Notes under the pieces: generated by a model | Database searches by the model: none | What the model was told of the DNA's origin: nothing | Seen by the model: only the letters and a program-made list of their open reading frames with translations | Made by a program: the position numbers and the translations under genes | In this document: in pieces, positions 43,770 to 54,544 of the stretch | Position numbering within the stretch: position 1 is the first letter of the stretch | How the letters are laid out: every line of letters starts with the position of its first letter | From: Archangium sp. | GTDB taxonomy: Bacteria > Myxococcota > Myxococcia > Myxococcales > Myxococcaceae | Assembly (NCBI GenBank): GCA_030681645.1 | Contig: JAUXRX010000045.1 | Location: 1 to 63,764 of the forward strand | Length of the DNA: 63,764 nucleotides | Direction of reading: 5' to 3'

Positions 43770-44294
43770 TCAGAGCTCGCGGCTCATGAGCAGGCGCAGC
43801 TTGCCGCTCTTCTTCGACACCACCGTCGCCACCGTGGTGAAGCCGACCTTGCGGTAGAACGAGACGGCCGGGCCGTTCGCCGGGTCGACGCGCAGGGCGA
43901 GCGTCTTGCGGTTCATGTCGCGCGCGATGGACAGGCCCTGGTCGAGCAGCACGTGCCCCAGGCCCTTCTGGCGGAACTCGTTCTTCACCACGATGTTGCG
44001 CAGGTACGCGGCGCCGGGCACCGGACCATCGCGCTCGATGGTCACGTAGCCGACGAGCGCGCCGTTGAGCTTGCCCACCGAGATGAAGGGCCGCAGCTTG
44101 GTGAGCGCCTCCAGGCTCTCGGCCTGCGTCTCGCCCCGCTGCTTCCAGGGCTCGCTGCCAGAGCGCAGCCCAGCGAGGAGGCCCATGTCCTCGTCGGTGG
44201 GTGACGCAAATTTTACGAGCTTCCAGTCCATCGGAATCGGCATCGGCGGGGTCGGGTTGGTACCCGGCGTACCTTCGAGCTGCTTGTCGGTCAT
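43770..44294 (-). CDS. GNAT family N-acetyltransferase
   Basis: The motif NEFRQKGLGHVLLDQG is present. The start is taken at MTDKQLEG. Confidence 0.75.
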   Translation of the reverse strand: MTDKQLEGTPGTNPTPPMPIPMDWKLVKFASPTDEDMGLLAGLRSGSEPWKQRGETQAESLEALTKLRPFISVGKLNGALVGYVTIERDGPVPGAAYLRNIVVKNEFRQKGLGHVLLDQGLSIARDMNRKTLALRVDPANGPAVSFYRKVGFTTVATVVSKKSGKLRLLMSREL

Positions 44295-44454
44295 CGCCAC
44301 TCCTCCACGGTGTACTTCAACTCGGCCGGTTCTGATCCTAACCACCATCTTCAACGTCGCGCACCCTCAGACATTTCAATGTGGGGGGCGCTGATGTCGG
44401 CTTTCTGCACACCTGCCCGCCCGATGCACGAGTTGTTCTTGGCGGGTCAGGCGG

Positions 44455-45179
44455 TTGGCCCCACAATCCCCCGACGTGCAACTGAATCACGCCCAGCGGG
44501 AACTCACCGTCAAGATCGTCTATTACGGCCCCGGTCTTTCGGGGAAGACGACCAACCTCCAGATGGTGCACCAGCGGACCAGCCCCGAGGTCCGCGGGCG
44601 GCTGCTGACCGTCGAAACCCACGACGATCGCACGCTCTTCTTCGATCTGCTGCCCGTCTTCTTCAGCACCGCCAACGGCTTCAAGGTGAAGGTGAAGCTG
44701 TTCACCGTGCCCGGCCAGGTGATTCACAACGCAACGCGGCGAATCGTGCTCCAGGGGGCTGACGCGGTCGCCTTCATCGCCGACAGCCGCCGCGCCGCCG
44801 CCGCCGAGAACAACGCCTACTGGAAGAACCTCGTCGAGAACATGAAGGAGAACAACCTCGACCCGGCGCAGGTGCCGGTGGTCATCCAGTACAACAAGCG
44901 CGATCTGCCCGACACGAAGACGGACGCGGAGATCGAAGAGACGCGCAAGAAGGGCAAGGAGCCGGTCGTCGGGGCGATCGCCATTCGGGGCGTGGGGGTG
45001 CTCGAGACGCTCTACGCGGTGCTGCAGTCGGCCTTCCGCAGCCTCGAGGCGCGGGCGGGCCTGACCAAGAACATCGGGCTGGGCGAGAAGGAGTTCCTCA
45101 CCCAGGTCTTCGCCAACATCGACATCAGCGGCACCGAGCTCGAGAAGCTGCTGCCTCCGAGGACACCGGGGGCGCGCCC

Positions 45180-45183
<4 letters not shown>
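44455..45183 (+). CDS. MglA-like small Ras-family GTPase
   Basis: [21 protein letters not shown] aligns with MglA [34 protein letters not shown] and IQYNKRDLPD are conserved. An alternative GTG start lies at ~44476. Confidence 0.85.
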
Positions 45184-46655
<1,472 letters not shown>

Positions 46656-46659
46656 TTCT

Positions 46660-46703
46660 TTCTCCCTCTCCCTGCGAAGTGGGGAGAAGGTTGGGGTGAG
46701 GGC
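46660..46703. repeat. REP-like element CTCCCTCTCCCTGCGAAGTGGGGAGAAGGTTGGGGTGAGGG
   Basis: Seen directly between the histidine-kinase stop and glgA. Confidence 0.7.
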
Positions 46704-46715
46704 CCTGACTCCGCA

Positions 46716-48164
46716 ATGAACATCCTCTTCCTGTCCTCAGAAGTCGCACCGTTCGCAAAGACGGGAGGCCTCGGAGACGTCTCCGCCGCGCTGCCCAGGG
46801 CCCTCCATCGCAAGGGCCACGACGTGCGGGTGTTCATGCCGATGTACTCGCGCATCGAGCAGAACAAGTACCGCTTCCGCTCGATCGACTCGCTGCGCGG
46901 CCTGAAGGTGATGTTCGGCACGCGGTCCTTCGAGGTGAGCATCTTCGCGGCGACGCTGCCGGGTTCGACGATGGAGGTCTTCTTCGTCAACTGCCCGCAG
47001 CTCTACGGCCGGCACGCCATCTACGCGCACGACGGAGACGAGCACCTGCGCTTCCTGGTGCTCTGCTACGCGGCCCTCGAGGCGGCGCAGCGCATGCGGT
47101 TCGCGCCCGACGTGGTGCACTGCAACGACTGGCAGACGGCGATGGTGCCGCTGCTGCTCAAGACGCGCTTCGCGTGGGACGGCGCCATCTTCGGCAAGAC
47201 GAAGACGGTCCTCACCATCCACAACCTGAACTACCAGGGCACGTTCCCCTCGAACGTGCTGCCGGACACGGGGCTGCTGCGCTCTGCGCACCTCCTCCAC
47301 CAGGATCAGCTCCACGGCGGCAGGATCAACTTCCTGCTCCACGGCATCCTCTACGCGACCGCGGTCACCACGGTGAGCCCGACCTACGCGAGGGAGATCC
47401 GCACGCCGGAATACGGCGCGGGCCTCGAGCCGTTCCTCAAAGCCCGGGAGTCGACGGTCTTCGGCCTGCTCAACGGCGTCGACTACGACGAGTGGAGCCC
47501 CCAGGCGGATCGCCTCATCCCCCAGCGCTACGACGTCGACGATCTCTCCGGCAAGGAGCGCTGCAAGGCGGCGCTGCTGTCCCGCGCGCACCTGCCCGTG
47601 CTGCCCGGCGTGCCGCTGCTGGGCATCGTCTCGCGGCTCACCAGCCAGAAGGGGTTCGATCTCCTGCCCGACGCGCTCTCGCTGGGGCTGCGCGAGGGCA
47701 AGTTCCAGCTGGTGGTGCAGGGCAGCGGAGAGAAGCGGTTCGAGCGCATGTTCCACCAGCTGCGCGACAAGTACCCGCGGCAGGTGCGGTTCCAGACGGC
47801 GTTCGACAACCCGCTGGCGCACTGGATCCAGGCCGGGTCCGACTTCTTCCTCATGCCGTCGAAGTACGAGCCGTGCGGGCTGACGCAGCTCTACGCGCTC
47901 AAGTACGGCACGGTGCCGATCGTGCGGAAGACGGGCGGGCTCGCCGACACGGTGCAGCTCTGGTCACCGCGTACGGGCGGCGGCACGGGCATCGTGTTCG
48001 ACGACTACGACGCGAAGGCGGTGCACTGGGCGCTCGAGGCCGCGTTCAACATCTACCGCGACCGCCCCGCCTACCGCCGCCTGCAGCACAACGGCATGAC
48101 GCAGAACTTCTCCTGGGATCACCAGGTGCAGAAGTACGAACAGCTCTACTCCAAACTCGTCTGA
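46716..48164 (+). CDS. glgA: glycogen (starch) synthase, ADP-glucose type
   Basis: MNILFLSSEVAPFAKTGGLGDV gives a KTGGL motif, and the GT-B fold is conserved. Confidence 0.9.
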   Translation: MNILFLSSEVAPFAKTGGLGDVSAALPRALHRKGHDVRVFMPMYSRIEQNKYRFRSIDSLRGLKVMFGTRSFEVSIFAATLPGSTMEVFFVNCPQLYGRHAIYAHDGDEHLRFLVLCYAALEAAQRMRFAPDVVHCNDWQTAMVPLLLKTRFAWDGAIFGKTKTVLTIHNLNYQGTFPSNVLPDTGLLRSAHLLHQDQLHGGRINFLLHGILYATAVTTVSPTYAREIRTPEYGAGLEPFLKARESTVFGLLNGVDYDEWSPQADRLIPQRYDVDDLSGKERCKAALLSRAHLPVLPGVPLLGIVSRLTSQKGFDLLPDALSLGLREGKFQLVVQGSGEKRFERMFHQLRDKYPRQVRFQTAFDNPLAHWIQAGSDFFLMPSKYEPCGLTQLYALKYGTVPIVRKTGGLADTVQLWSPRTGGGTGIVFDDYDAKAVHWALEAAFNIYRDRPAYRRLQHNGMTQNFSWDHQVQKYEQLYSKLV

Positions 48165-48173
48165 GGTCCTGAC

Positions 48174-49397
48174 ATGCACGTCGTCTTCATCGAGCCACGC
48201 TTCCCGGTCAACCAGCGCTACTTCGTCAAGGCGCTCAAGGAAGTGGGCGCCACCGTCACCGCCATCGGAGAAGGGTCGAAGGACTCGCTCAGCGGCGACA
48301 TGCGCCAGTGGCTGACGCACTACGAGCAGGTCGACTCGGTGGTGAATGAAGGCGCCGTGCTGCGCGCGGCGAAGTTCATTCACAACAAGAAGCGCATCGA
48401 TCGCATCGAGGCGACGGTCGAGGCGCACATCATGTCGACCGCGAAGGTGCGCGAGGCGATGGGCATCGAGGGCACCTCGGTGAAGACGTCGTGGCTGTGC
48501 CGCGACAAGCCGTCGATGAAGGAAGCGCTGCGCAACGCGGGCGTGCCGTGCGCGCAGTCGACCGCGGCGTCTTCTCTCGAGGAGCTGGTGGCGTTCGCCA
48601 AGCAGGTCGGCTTCCCGTTGATCATCAAGCCGCGCGACGGCGCGGGCGCGTCAGGCACGAGCCGCTGTGACTCGTTGGCAGACCTGGCGAAGGCGGCGTC
48701 GGAGCTGGGCGTCGATCGGGGGCGCTCGGTCGCCGTCGAGGAGTTCATCGAGGGCCACGAAGGCTTCTACGACACCATCAGCATCGGCGGCCGGGTGGTG
48801 CACGAGTTCGTCACGCACTATTACCCGAACGTGCTCGAGGCGATGCGCCACCGGTGGATCAGCCCCCAGTTCGTCAGCACCAACCGCGTGGACTCCGCGC
48901 CCGGCTACCAGGAGCTCAAGGTGCTCGGCGGCAAGGTGCTGCGCGCGCTCGACATCGGCACCTCGGCCACGCACATGGAGTGGTTCAGCGGGCCGAAGGG
49001 CCTCAAGTTCTCGGAGATCGGCTGCCGCCCGCCCGGCGTGCGCGCGTGGGACCTGTACAACGTGGGCAACGACGTGGACCTCTATCGCGAGTGGGCGATG
49101 GCCATCGTGCACGGCCGGCCGGGTGCGCGCCTCTCGCGCCGCTTCGCCGCGGGCATCGTGGCGCTGCGTCCCAGCCAGGACGGCCGCATCGTCGGCTACG
49201 AGGGCGTGGGCAAGGTCGAGCGCGCGTTCGGCCAGTGGATGATCGACGCGCACCTTCCGCCCGAGGGGACGCCGACGCAGCCGGTGTCAGCAGGCTACAT
49301 GGCCAACGCGTGGATGCGCTTCAAGCACCCCGACTACGACCAACTGCGCGAGATGCTCAACGCGGTCGGCGAGACGGTGAAGGTCTACGCGAGGTGA
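48174..49397 (+). CDS. ATP-grasp domain protein (paralog A)
   Basis: ATP-grasp core motifs are present, and it is a 407-aa paralog of the gene at 62306..63526. Confidence 0.7.
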   Translation: MHVVFIEPRFPVNQRYFVKALKEVGATVTAIGEGSKDSLSGDMRQWLTHYEQVDSVVNEGAVLRAAKFIHNKKRIDRIEATVEAHIMSTAKVREAMGIEGTSVKTSWLCRDKPSMKEALRNAGVPCAQSTAASSLEELVAFAKQVGFPLIIKPRDGAGASGTSRCDSLADLAKAASELGVDRGRSVAVEEFIEGHEGFYDTISIGGRVVHEFVTHYYPNVLEAMRHRWISPQFVSTNRVDSAPGYQELKVLGGKVLRALDIGTSATHMEWFSGPKGLKFSEIGCRPPGVRAWDLYNVGNDVDLYREWAMAIVHGRPGARLSRRFAAGIVALRPSQDGRIVGYEGVGKVERAFGQWMIDAHLPPEGTPTQPVSAGYMANAWMRFKHPDYDQLREMLNAVGETVKVYAR

Positions 49398-49466
49398 TGT
49401 TCGGGCAACTCCGGCAACGGCCGCGTCCCTTGAGTTGATCGCGGCCCGGTCTTACTCTTCTGACAG

Positions 49467-49544
49467 ATGAGCAAGACCATGGACAGCCTCACGATCAAGC
49501 TGCCGCCCCAGTTCGAGGTGATCTCCCCCACGCTGCAGCCGTAG
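49467..49544 (+). CDS. small ORF (25 aa) MSKTMDSLTIKLPPQFEVISPTLQP; speculative
   Basis: It lies in the 160-bp lower-GC gap after the ATP-grasp gene. No RBS is evident. Confidence 0.15.
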   Translation: MSKTMDSLTIKLPPQFEVISPTLQP

Positions 49545-49559
49545 ACGCGCAACGATGAG

Positions 49560-51026
49560 CTACCTGCGCTCGCCAAAGACGTCATCCGGAGACGTCACAG
49601 TGCCCGAGTCGCTGGGCGGGGACGCCGGAGCGCGGGCGGGCTTGGGCCGGGGCGCTGTCGTCGGCGCGCGGGCAGGTCCACGAGCCGTCGGCCCGGGAGC
49701 GACCTGAGGGACCACCCCATCGCCTGGGGGGAGCGGCCCGGTCTCGGGTGCATCGACCGTCGCGGGTGCGTCGGCGGTGGGGAGAGGCTGCGCTCGGGGC
49801 GGGGGCGTCACCTCGGTCGCCTCGGTGCCGACCGGGTCGGCTGTCGGCTCCACCGTCGGCCCGCGGAAGACCAGCGCGATCACCGCCGCCAGGGCGAGCA
49901 GGAGGCTTGCCGCCAGCGCCGCCCGCGGGAGCGCGGGGCGGCGAACCACGGGAAGTGGCTCCTGGTCCAGTTCGAGAGCTGCGGCGATCTCGTCCAGCGC
50001 GCGGCTCACCTCGCCGGCAGCGGTGGGGCGGTGCTGGGGGTCCTTGCTCAGGCAGCGATCCACCAGCGCGCAGAGCGCCGCGGGCGCATCGGGCACCAGC
50101 TTGGCCAGCGGCGCGGGGGTGCGGCTCTGGACCGCGTACATCACCTCCACCACGGTGACGCCATTGAAGGGCAGCTCACCGGAGAGCAACTGGTAGAGCA
50201 CCACCCCCACCGCCCAGAGATCGGTCCTGGCGTCGATGGGACTGCCGTGGTCGATCTGCTCCGGGGCCATGTAGGGCGGCGAGCCGATCATCATCTGCGC
50301 GCTGCTGGTGCCCAGGCCCTTCTCGATGTCGGGGTGGGTGGACTTTGCGATGCCGAAATCCAACACCTTGATCACCTCGGAGCCGTCGGGCCGCCGCGCC
50401 AGGAACAGGTTCGCCGGCTTCAGATCGCGGTGCACGATGCCCATCCCGTGGGCTTCGCCGATCGCCTCCAACGCCTGGCGCACCCACGCCACGACCTGTC
50501 GAACGGAGATGGTTCGCTCCCGGCTCAACCGCTGCTCGAGCGTCTCTCCCTCGAGGTACTCCATCACCAGGAACGGCGCGCCGCTGGGGAGCGAGTCCAG
50601 GTCGAGCACCCGCCCTGCGTGGGGAGACTGCAGGCGCACTGCCGCGCGGGCTTCCCGTTGGAAGCGGGCCACGGCCTGGGGGTCCGCCACCAACGCGGGC
50701 AGCATGAACTTCAGGGCCACGCGCTGGTTGAGTTGCAGGTGCCAGGCCAGCACGACGGTGCCCATGCCTCCGGCGCCCAGCGTCCGCTCGATGCGGTACT
50801 TCCCGCCGACCGTCTCGCCGTCACCCACCGGGGAAGGGACTGCCGCGGTCTCCCTCTCTGTGATGGGCTCGGCGCTGGCGTGCGTGTGGGAGAGCGCCGC
50901 GAAGAGGCGACGGCATGGCTCACAGTCGCGAACGTGAACTCGCAGCGCCTCGGCCTCCTCCGGCTGACAGGCACCCCGGGCGTAGGCCTCGACGGTGTCC
51001 TGGTTGAGGTGTCCGGCGCGCGACAT
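49560..51026 (-). CDS. Ser/Thr protein kinase with N-terminal zf-HC2-like zinc finger and C-terminal TM + Pro-rich tail
   Basis: The zinc-finger-like region is HVRDCEPCRRLF. Kinase motifs GAGGMGTV, HRDLKPAN and DFGIA are present. Confidence 0.85.
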   Translation of the reverse strand: MSRAGHLNQDTVEAYARGACQPEEAEALRVHVRDCEPCRRLFAALSHTHASAEPITERETAAVPSPVGDGETVGGKYRIERTLGAGGMGTVVLAWHLQLNQRVALKFMLPALVADPQAVARFQREARAAVRLQSPHAGRVLDLDSLPSGAPFLVMEYLEGETLEQRLSRERTISVRQVVAWVRQALEAIGEAHGMGIVHRDLKPANLFLARRPDGSEVIKVLDFGIAKSTHPDIEKGLGTSSAQMMIGSPPYMAPEQIDHGSPIDARTDLWAVGVVLYQLLSGELPFNGVTVVEVMYAVQSRTPAPLAKLVPDAPAALCALVDRCLSKDPQHRPTAAGEVSRALDEIAAALELDQEPLPVVRRPALPRAALAASLLLALAAVIALVFRGPTVEPTADPVGTEATEVTPPPRAQPLPTADAPATVDAPETGPLPPGDGVVPQVAPGPTARGPARAPTTAPRPKPARAPASPPSDSGTVTSPDDVFGERR

Positions 51027-51086
51027 CGTCAGTGCGCATAGCAGACGCGATGCAGCGCAGGCAAAGCTCCGCGTCGACCAGCCGGC

Positions 51087-53354
51087 TCAGGGACCGCGGT
51101 GGAGGATGGTGCCGCCGCTGCCCACAGCCCAGACATCGCCGGGCCCGCTCCCCCAGATGGCGGTGAGGCCGCGTCCGGTGATGCTCGTCGACGCCGCCCA
51201 GAGGCTGCCTTCCCAGTGGAAGCGGCCCTGGCTTCCGCCGCCGACGGCCCAGACGTCGTTCGCGCCGCTCCCCCAGATGCCTCGCAACGAGAACGTCGTC
51301 GAGGTGGCGGGTGACCACGCCCCGCCGTCCGAGTGGAAGATGAAGTCGGAATCGGACACTGCCCAGAGATCCGACGCGCTGCTCCCCCAGACCCCATAGA
51401 GCACGTACTGCGTGAGGTTGACGGTGTGGGTGGCCCAGGCCGTCCCATTCCAGTGAAGGACGATGCCGCCGCCGCCCACGGCCCACACGTCGGTCGGCCC
51501 GCTGCCCCAGACCGAGTAGAGGCTCGCCGTCGTCCCGCTGATGAAGGGGGTCCAGGCCGAGCCGTTCCAGTGGAGGATGACGCCGGCACCGCCGACGGCC
51601 CACACGTCAGCGGGCCCGCTGCCCCAGACCGAGAAGAGGCCCGCCGTCGTCTCACTGGCGACCCAGGCCGAGCCGTTCCAGTGGAGAGCGGTCTGCATGC
51701 CCACCACCCACACGTCGTTGGGGCCACTGCCCCAGACGCCCGTGAGGTCCTTGGTCGTCCCGCTCGCAGAGTTGGTCCAGGCGCTTCCGGCCCAATGGAG
51801 GATGGTCCCGGAATTGCCGACGACCCAGACGTCGTCGGGGCCGCTCCCCCAGACGCCATTGAGGTTGAGGGTCGTCCCGGTGCTGGCCCGGGACCAGTTG
51901 ATGCCGCTCAACCGCAGCAGGGTCCCCGTGTCTCCCACAGCCCAGGCGTCACCGGCGCCGCTTCCGGAGAGGCCATTGAGCCGGGCCCCCGTTCCGCTGG
52001 TGACGAGGCCCCAGCCCCCCCCGTCGCCGCGGAGCAGGGTTCCGTTGACTCCCACAATCCAGAGGTCAGTCGGAGAGGTGCCCCACACCCCGTTGAGTTG
52101 AGCCGTCGTCGGCGTCGCCGGGATGACGGTCGCCCAACTCGACCCTGTCCAGTGGAGGATGGTGCCGGTCTGCCCGATGGCCCAGACGTCATTCGCGGCG
52201 CTGCCCCAGATGCCGAGGAGGTCGCGCACCGTCCCGCTGGCGACGGTGGCCCAGGTCGTCCCATTCCAGCGGAGGATGGTCCCGCCGTCTCCGACGGCCC
52301 AGGCATCACTCGCGCTCCTGCCCCAGATCGCGTTCAGCCAGGCCGTGCCCACGGTGGACGTCGCCCACGAGGTCCCGTTCCAGTGGAGGAGCGTTCCGCT
52401 GTCCCCGACGGCCCAGACATCGCTCGCGCTGCTGCCCCAGACCCCGGCCAGGAGCTCCGACCCGCTCCGCACGACGCTCCAGGCGCTCCCGTTCCAATGG
52501 ACGATGGTGCCGAAGGAGCCCACGGCCCAGGCGTCGTCGGCCGCCCTCCCCCAGATGCTCGTCAGTCCCACCGTCGTACCGCTTTCGACGCGGGTCCAGG
52601 TGACGCCGTCCCAATGGAGGATCAATCCGCCGTCGCCGACGGCCCAGACGTTCCCCGGGGCGGCGCTCCACGTGCTCCGGAGGTGGTTTCCCTGGGGAAG
52701 GGGGTTGCTCCAGCACCAGCGATCGCCGATACACACCGGGCCTGCGTCGGCGCCGACGGTGATGGTGACGGTGGACGGGCTGAGCGAGGTCACGCTCGCG
52801 GCGTTGGTCACCGTCAGAGAGAAGGTGAGGAGCCCCGAGGCCGGCGCGGTGAAGGTGGCGCTGGCCGTGGCGGCACCGGTCAGCGTCACCGCAGTCCCTC
52901 CCAGTTGGCTCCACGCGTACGCGAGCGGGGTGAGGGCGGGCGTGTTGGGGTCAAGGGAGGCCCGCCCGTCCAACGTCACTGTCGCGCCGGCGGCGACCGT
53001 CTGCGCGGGACCGGCGTTGGCCACCGGCGGCAGCATCACGCAACTGCCCACGCGGCAGGTGGGCGCCGCGGTGCCGCAGGCGCCACAGGCGAGCCCTCCG
53101 CCGCCACATTGGGAGGGGCTCTCTGCCGCCAACTCGACGCAGGTGGCGCCGTTGCAGCACCCGGTGCAGTTCCCGGCGTTGCATGGCTCGCCGCTGTCCG
53201 TGCCGGCGTCCGCGCAGTCGGGGCAGGCGAAGACCTTGCCCTCGCTCGAAAGGTCGAGGCAGCCCATCAGCAGGCTGCACCCCAGCACTGCCCCCCACCA
53301 CGCGTGTCGCGTCATTACTTCCATTCTCCGTCCGTGGAGTCCCTCAAAACTCAC
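51087..53354 (-). CDS. secreted beta-propeller repeat protein (≥14 W-x-V-G repeats) with Cys-rich N-terminus
   Basis: About 40-aa units of the form VWAVGDxGTILHWNGTxWATxTSGT are repeated more than 14 times. An N-terminal signal, a Cys-rich region and an Ig-like region precede them. Confidence 0.75.
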   Translation of the reverse strand: MSFEGLHGRRMEVMTRHAWWGAVLGCSLLMGCLDLSSEGKVFACPDCADAGTDSGEPCNAGNCTGCCNGATCVELAAESPSQCGGGGLACGACGTAAPTCRVGSCVMLPPVANAGPAQTVAAGATVTLDGRASLDPNTPALTPLAYAWSQLGGTAVTLTGAATASATFTAPASGLLTFSLTVTNAASVTSLSPSTVTITVGADAGPVCIGDRWCWSNPLPQGNHLRSTWSAAPGNVWAVGDGGLILHWDGVTWTRVESGTTVGLTSIWGRAADDAWAVGSFGTIVHWNGSAWSVVRSGSELLAGVWGSSASDVWAVGDSGTLLHWNGTSWATSTVGTAWLNAIWGRSASDAWAVGDGGTILRWNGTTWATVASGTVRDLLGIWGSAANDVWAIGQTGTILHWTGSSWATVIPATPTTAQLNGVWGTSPTDLWIVGVNGTLLRGDGGGWGLVTSGTGARLNGLSGSGAGDAWAVGDTGTLLRLSGINWSRASTGTTLNLNGVWGSGPDDVWVVGNSGTILHWAGSAWTNSASGTTKDLTGVWGSGPNDVWVVGMQTALHWNGSAWVASETTAGLFSVWGSGPADVWAVGGAGVILHWNGSAWTPFISGTTASLYSVWGSGPTDVWAVGGGGIVLHWNGTAWATHTVNLTQYVLYGVWGSSASDLWAVSDSDFIFHSDGGAWSPATSTTFSLRGIWGSGANDVWAVGGGSQGRFHWEGSLWAASTSITGRGLTAIWGSGPGDVWAVGSGGTILHRGP

Positions 53355-54303
53355 CGCCCAGCACCACGAGCGGACCGGTCGTGGTGGGGATTACCGCGAG
53401 CGTGCCGCGGGCGCCGCGCGCGTACCAGACGAGCCCGGCAACCGTGGCCGCGGCCCCCAACCCCACCGCGACCCACGACGCGGGGTACTGCCACTGAAGT
53501 TGCTCGAACTGGCTCCGGGTGACCGTGGGGGCGGAGGCGCAGGGGTTGCCCGGCTGTTGGCAGACCGTGCGGTCGTAGGTGGTGAGGGTTAGCGCCAGCC
53601 CCACGCCGCCTGCCACCAGCGCAGCGCCGCCGATCGAGATGAGGGCGATCGCCCCGCCTGGCGCTGCCGGGCCGGGGGCCGGCGCCGTCACCTCGATGGT
53701 CGGTGGCGGCGCGGGCCGGGGCGCGGCGATCTGCGCCAGGGGCGGTACGACGACTGGGAGGACTGAGGTGGACGCCACCGTCACGCGGGTGGACCAGCTG
53801 ACGAAGCCCGGCGCCTCAGCGAGGATCTCGACCTCACCGGCATCGACGGGGACGGACTCCGGCGTCTGCCCGAGGTTCACCCGGAACCCCTGGATGACGA
53901 CGGTCAAGCTGTTGACGGGCGCGGCGGAAGACAGGGCCACCCACGAGAGCTTTGCCTTGAGCGCGGCGGCGCGCTGTCGGGCGACCTCTTCACGTTTGCC
54001 CTCGCGGGTGCGCTGGGCCCACGCGGCCGCCTCGTTGAAGCGCAGGTAGGCCTGTACCAGCTGCCCCGTCTTCTCGCGGCAGTCGGCGAGGTTGAGGAGC
54101 GTTCCGAGCGCCGGGTCGAGCGCGTGGCTCTCTTCGAAGAGGGGGCACGCCTCGGTTGCGCGCCCGGAGCTGAGCAGGTCCCGGGCCTCCCGGAACAGAC
54201 GCTCGGCGTTCCGAGAGGGGGCAGGCCCAGGCCCGGCCGCGGCGAGAACCAACGAGAGGAGCAGCAGCGGCACAGCGGTACCTCCGATGGGCACTTCAGA
54301 CAC
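53344..54303 (-). CDS. TPR-repeat / PEGA-like domain membrane protein
   Basis: It has an N-terminal signal, a TPR-like region and a C-terminal TM. It overlaps the start of the propeller gene by 11 nt. Confidence 0.55.
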   Translation of the reverse strand: MSEVPIGGTAVPLLLLSLVLAAAGPGPAPSRNAERLFREARDLLSSGRATEACPLFEESHALDPALGTLLNLADCREKTGQLVQAYLRFNEAAAWAQRTREGKREEVARQRAAALKAKLSWVALSSAAPVNSLTVVIQGFRVNLGQTPESVPVDAGEVEILAEAPGFVSWSTRVTVASTSVLPVVVPPLAQIAAPRPAPPPTIEVTAPAPGPAAPGGAIALISIGGAALVAGGVGLALTLTTYDRTVCQQPGNPCASAPTVTRSQFEQLQWQYPASWVAVGLGAAATVAGLVWYARGARGTLAVIPTTTGPLVVLGGEF

Positions 54304-54544
54304 CGACTTTGGCCGTTGGGTCCAGTGGCGTCACGGAAAAGAAGAGGAGAGGGCGTCCGTTGATTCCCTGCGCGGCGGAGTTGCCACCTTGATTTGCCAG
54401 TCCGCGAACACGAGTGATTACGGCGAGATGAACGCCCAGTCGTTCAGTGGAGTCTCGCTCCGATCAGCAGAAGTCATGACATGATGACGCGGCCTTGCGA
54501 GAAGCGGCTGACGACTTGACGCGAGCCACACCGGAGCAAACGAC

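Noticed and set aside
49467-49544. 25-aa small ORF as a definite gene
   Set aside because: It was kept only as a speculative finding, because there is no clear RBS, no conservation evidence, and a short ORF in a 160-bp gap can arise by chance.
51333-53592. 729-aa and 489-aa + strand ORFs across the propeller-repeat gene
   Set aside because: They are antisense to a gene with a strong repeat architecture and signal peptide, and their composition is low-complexity.
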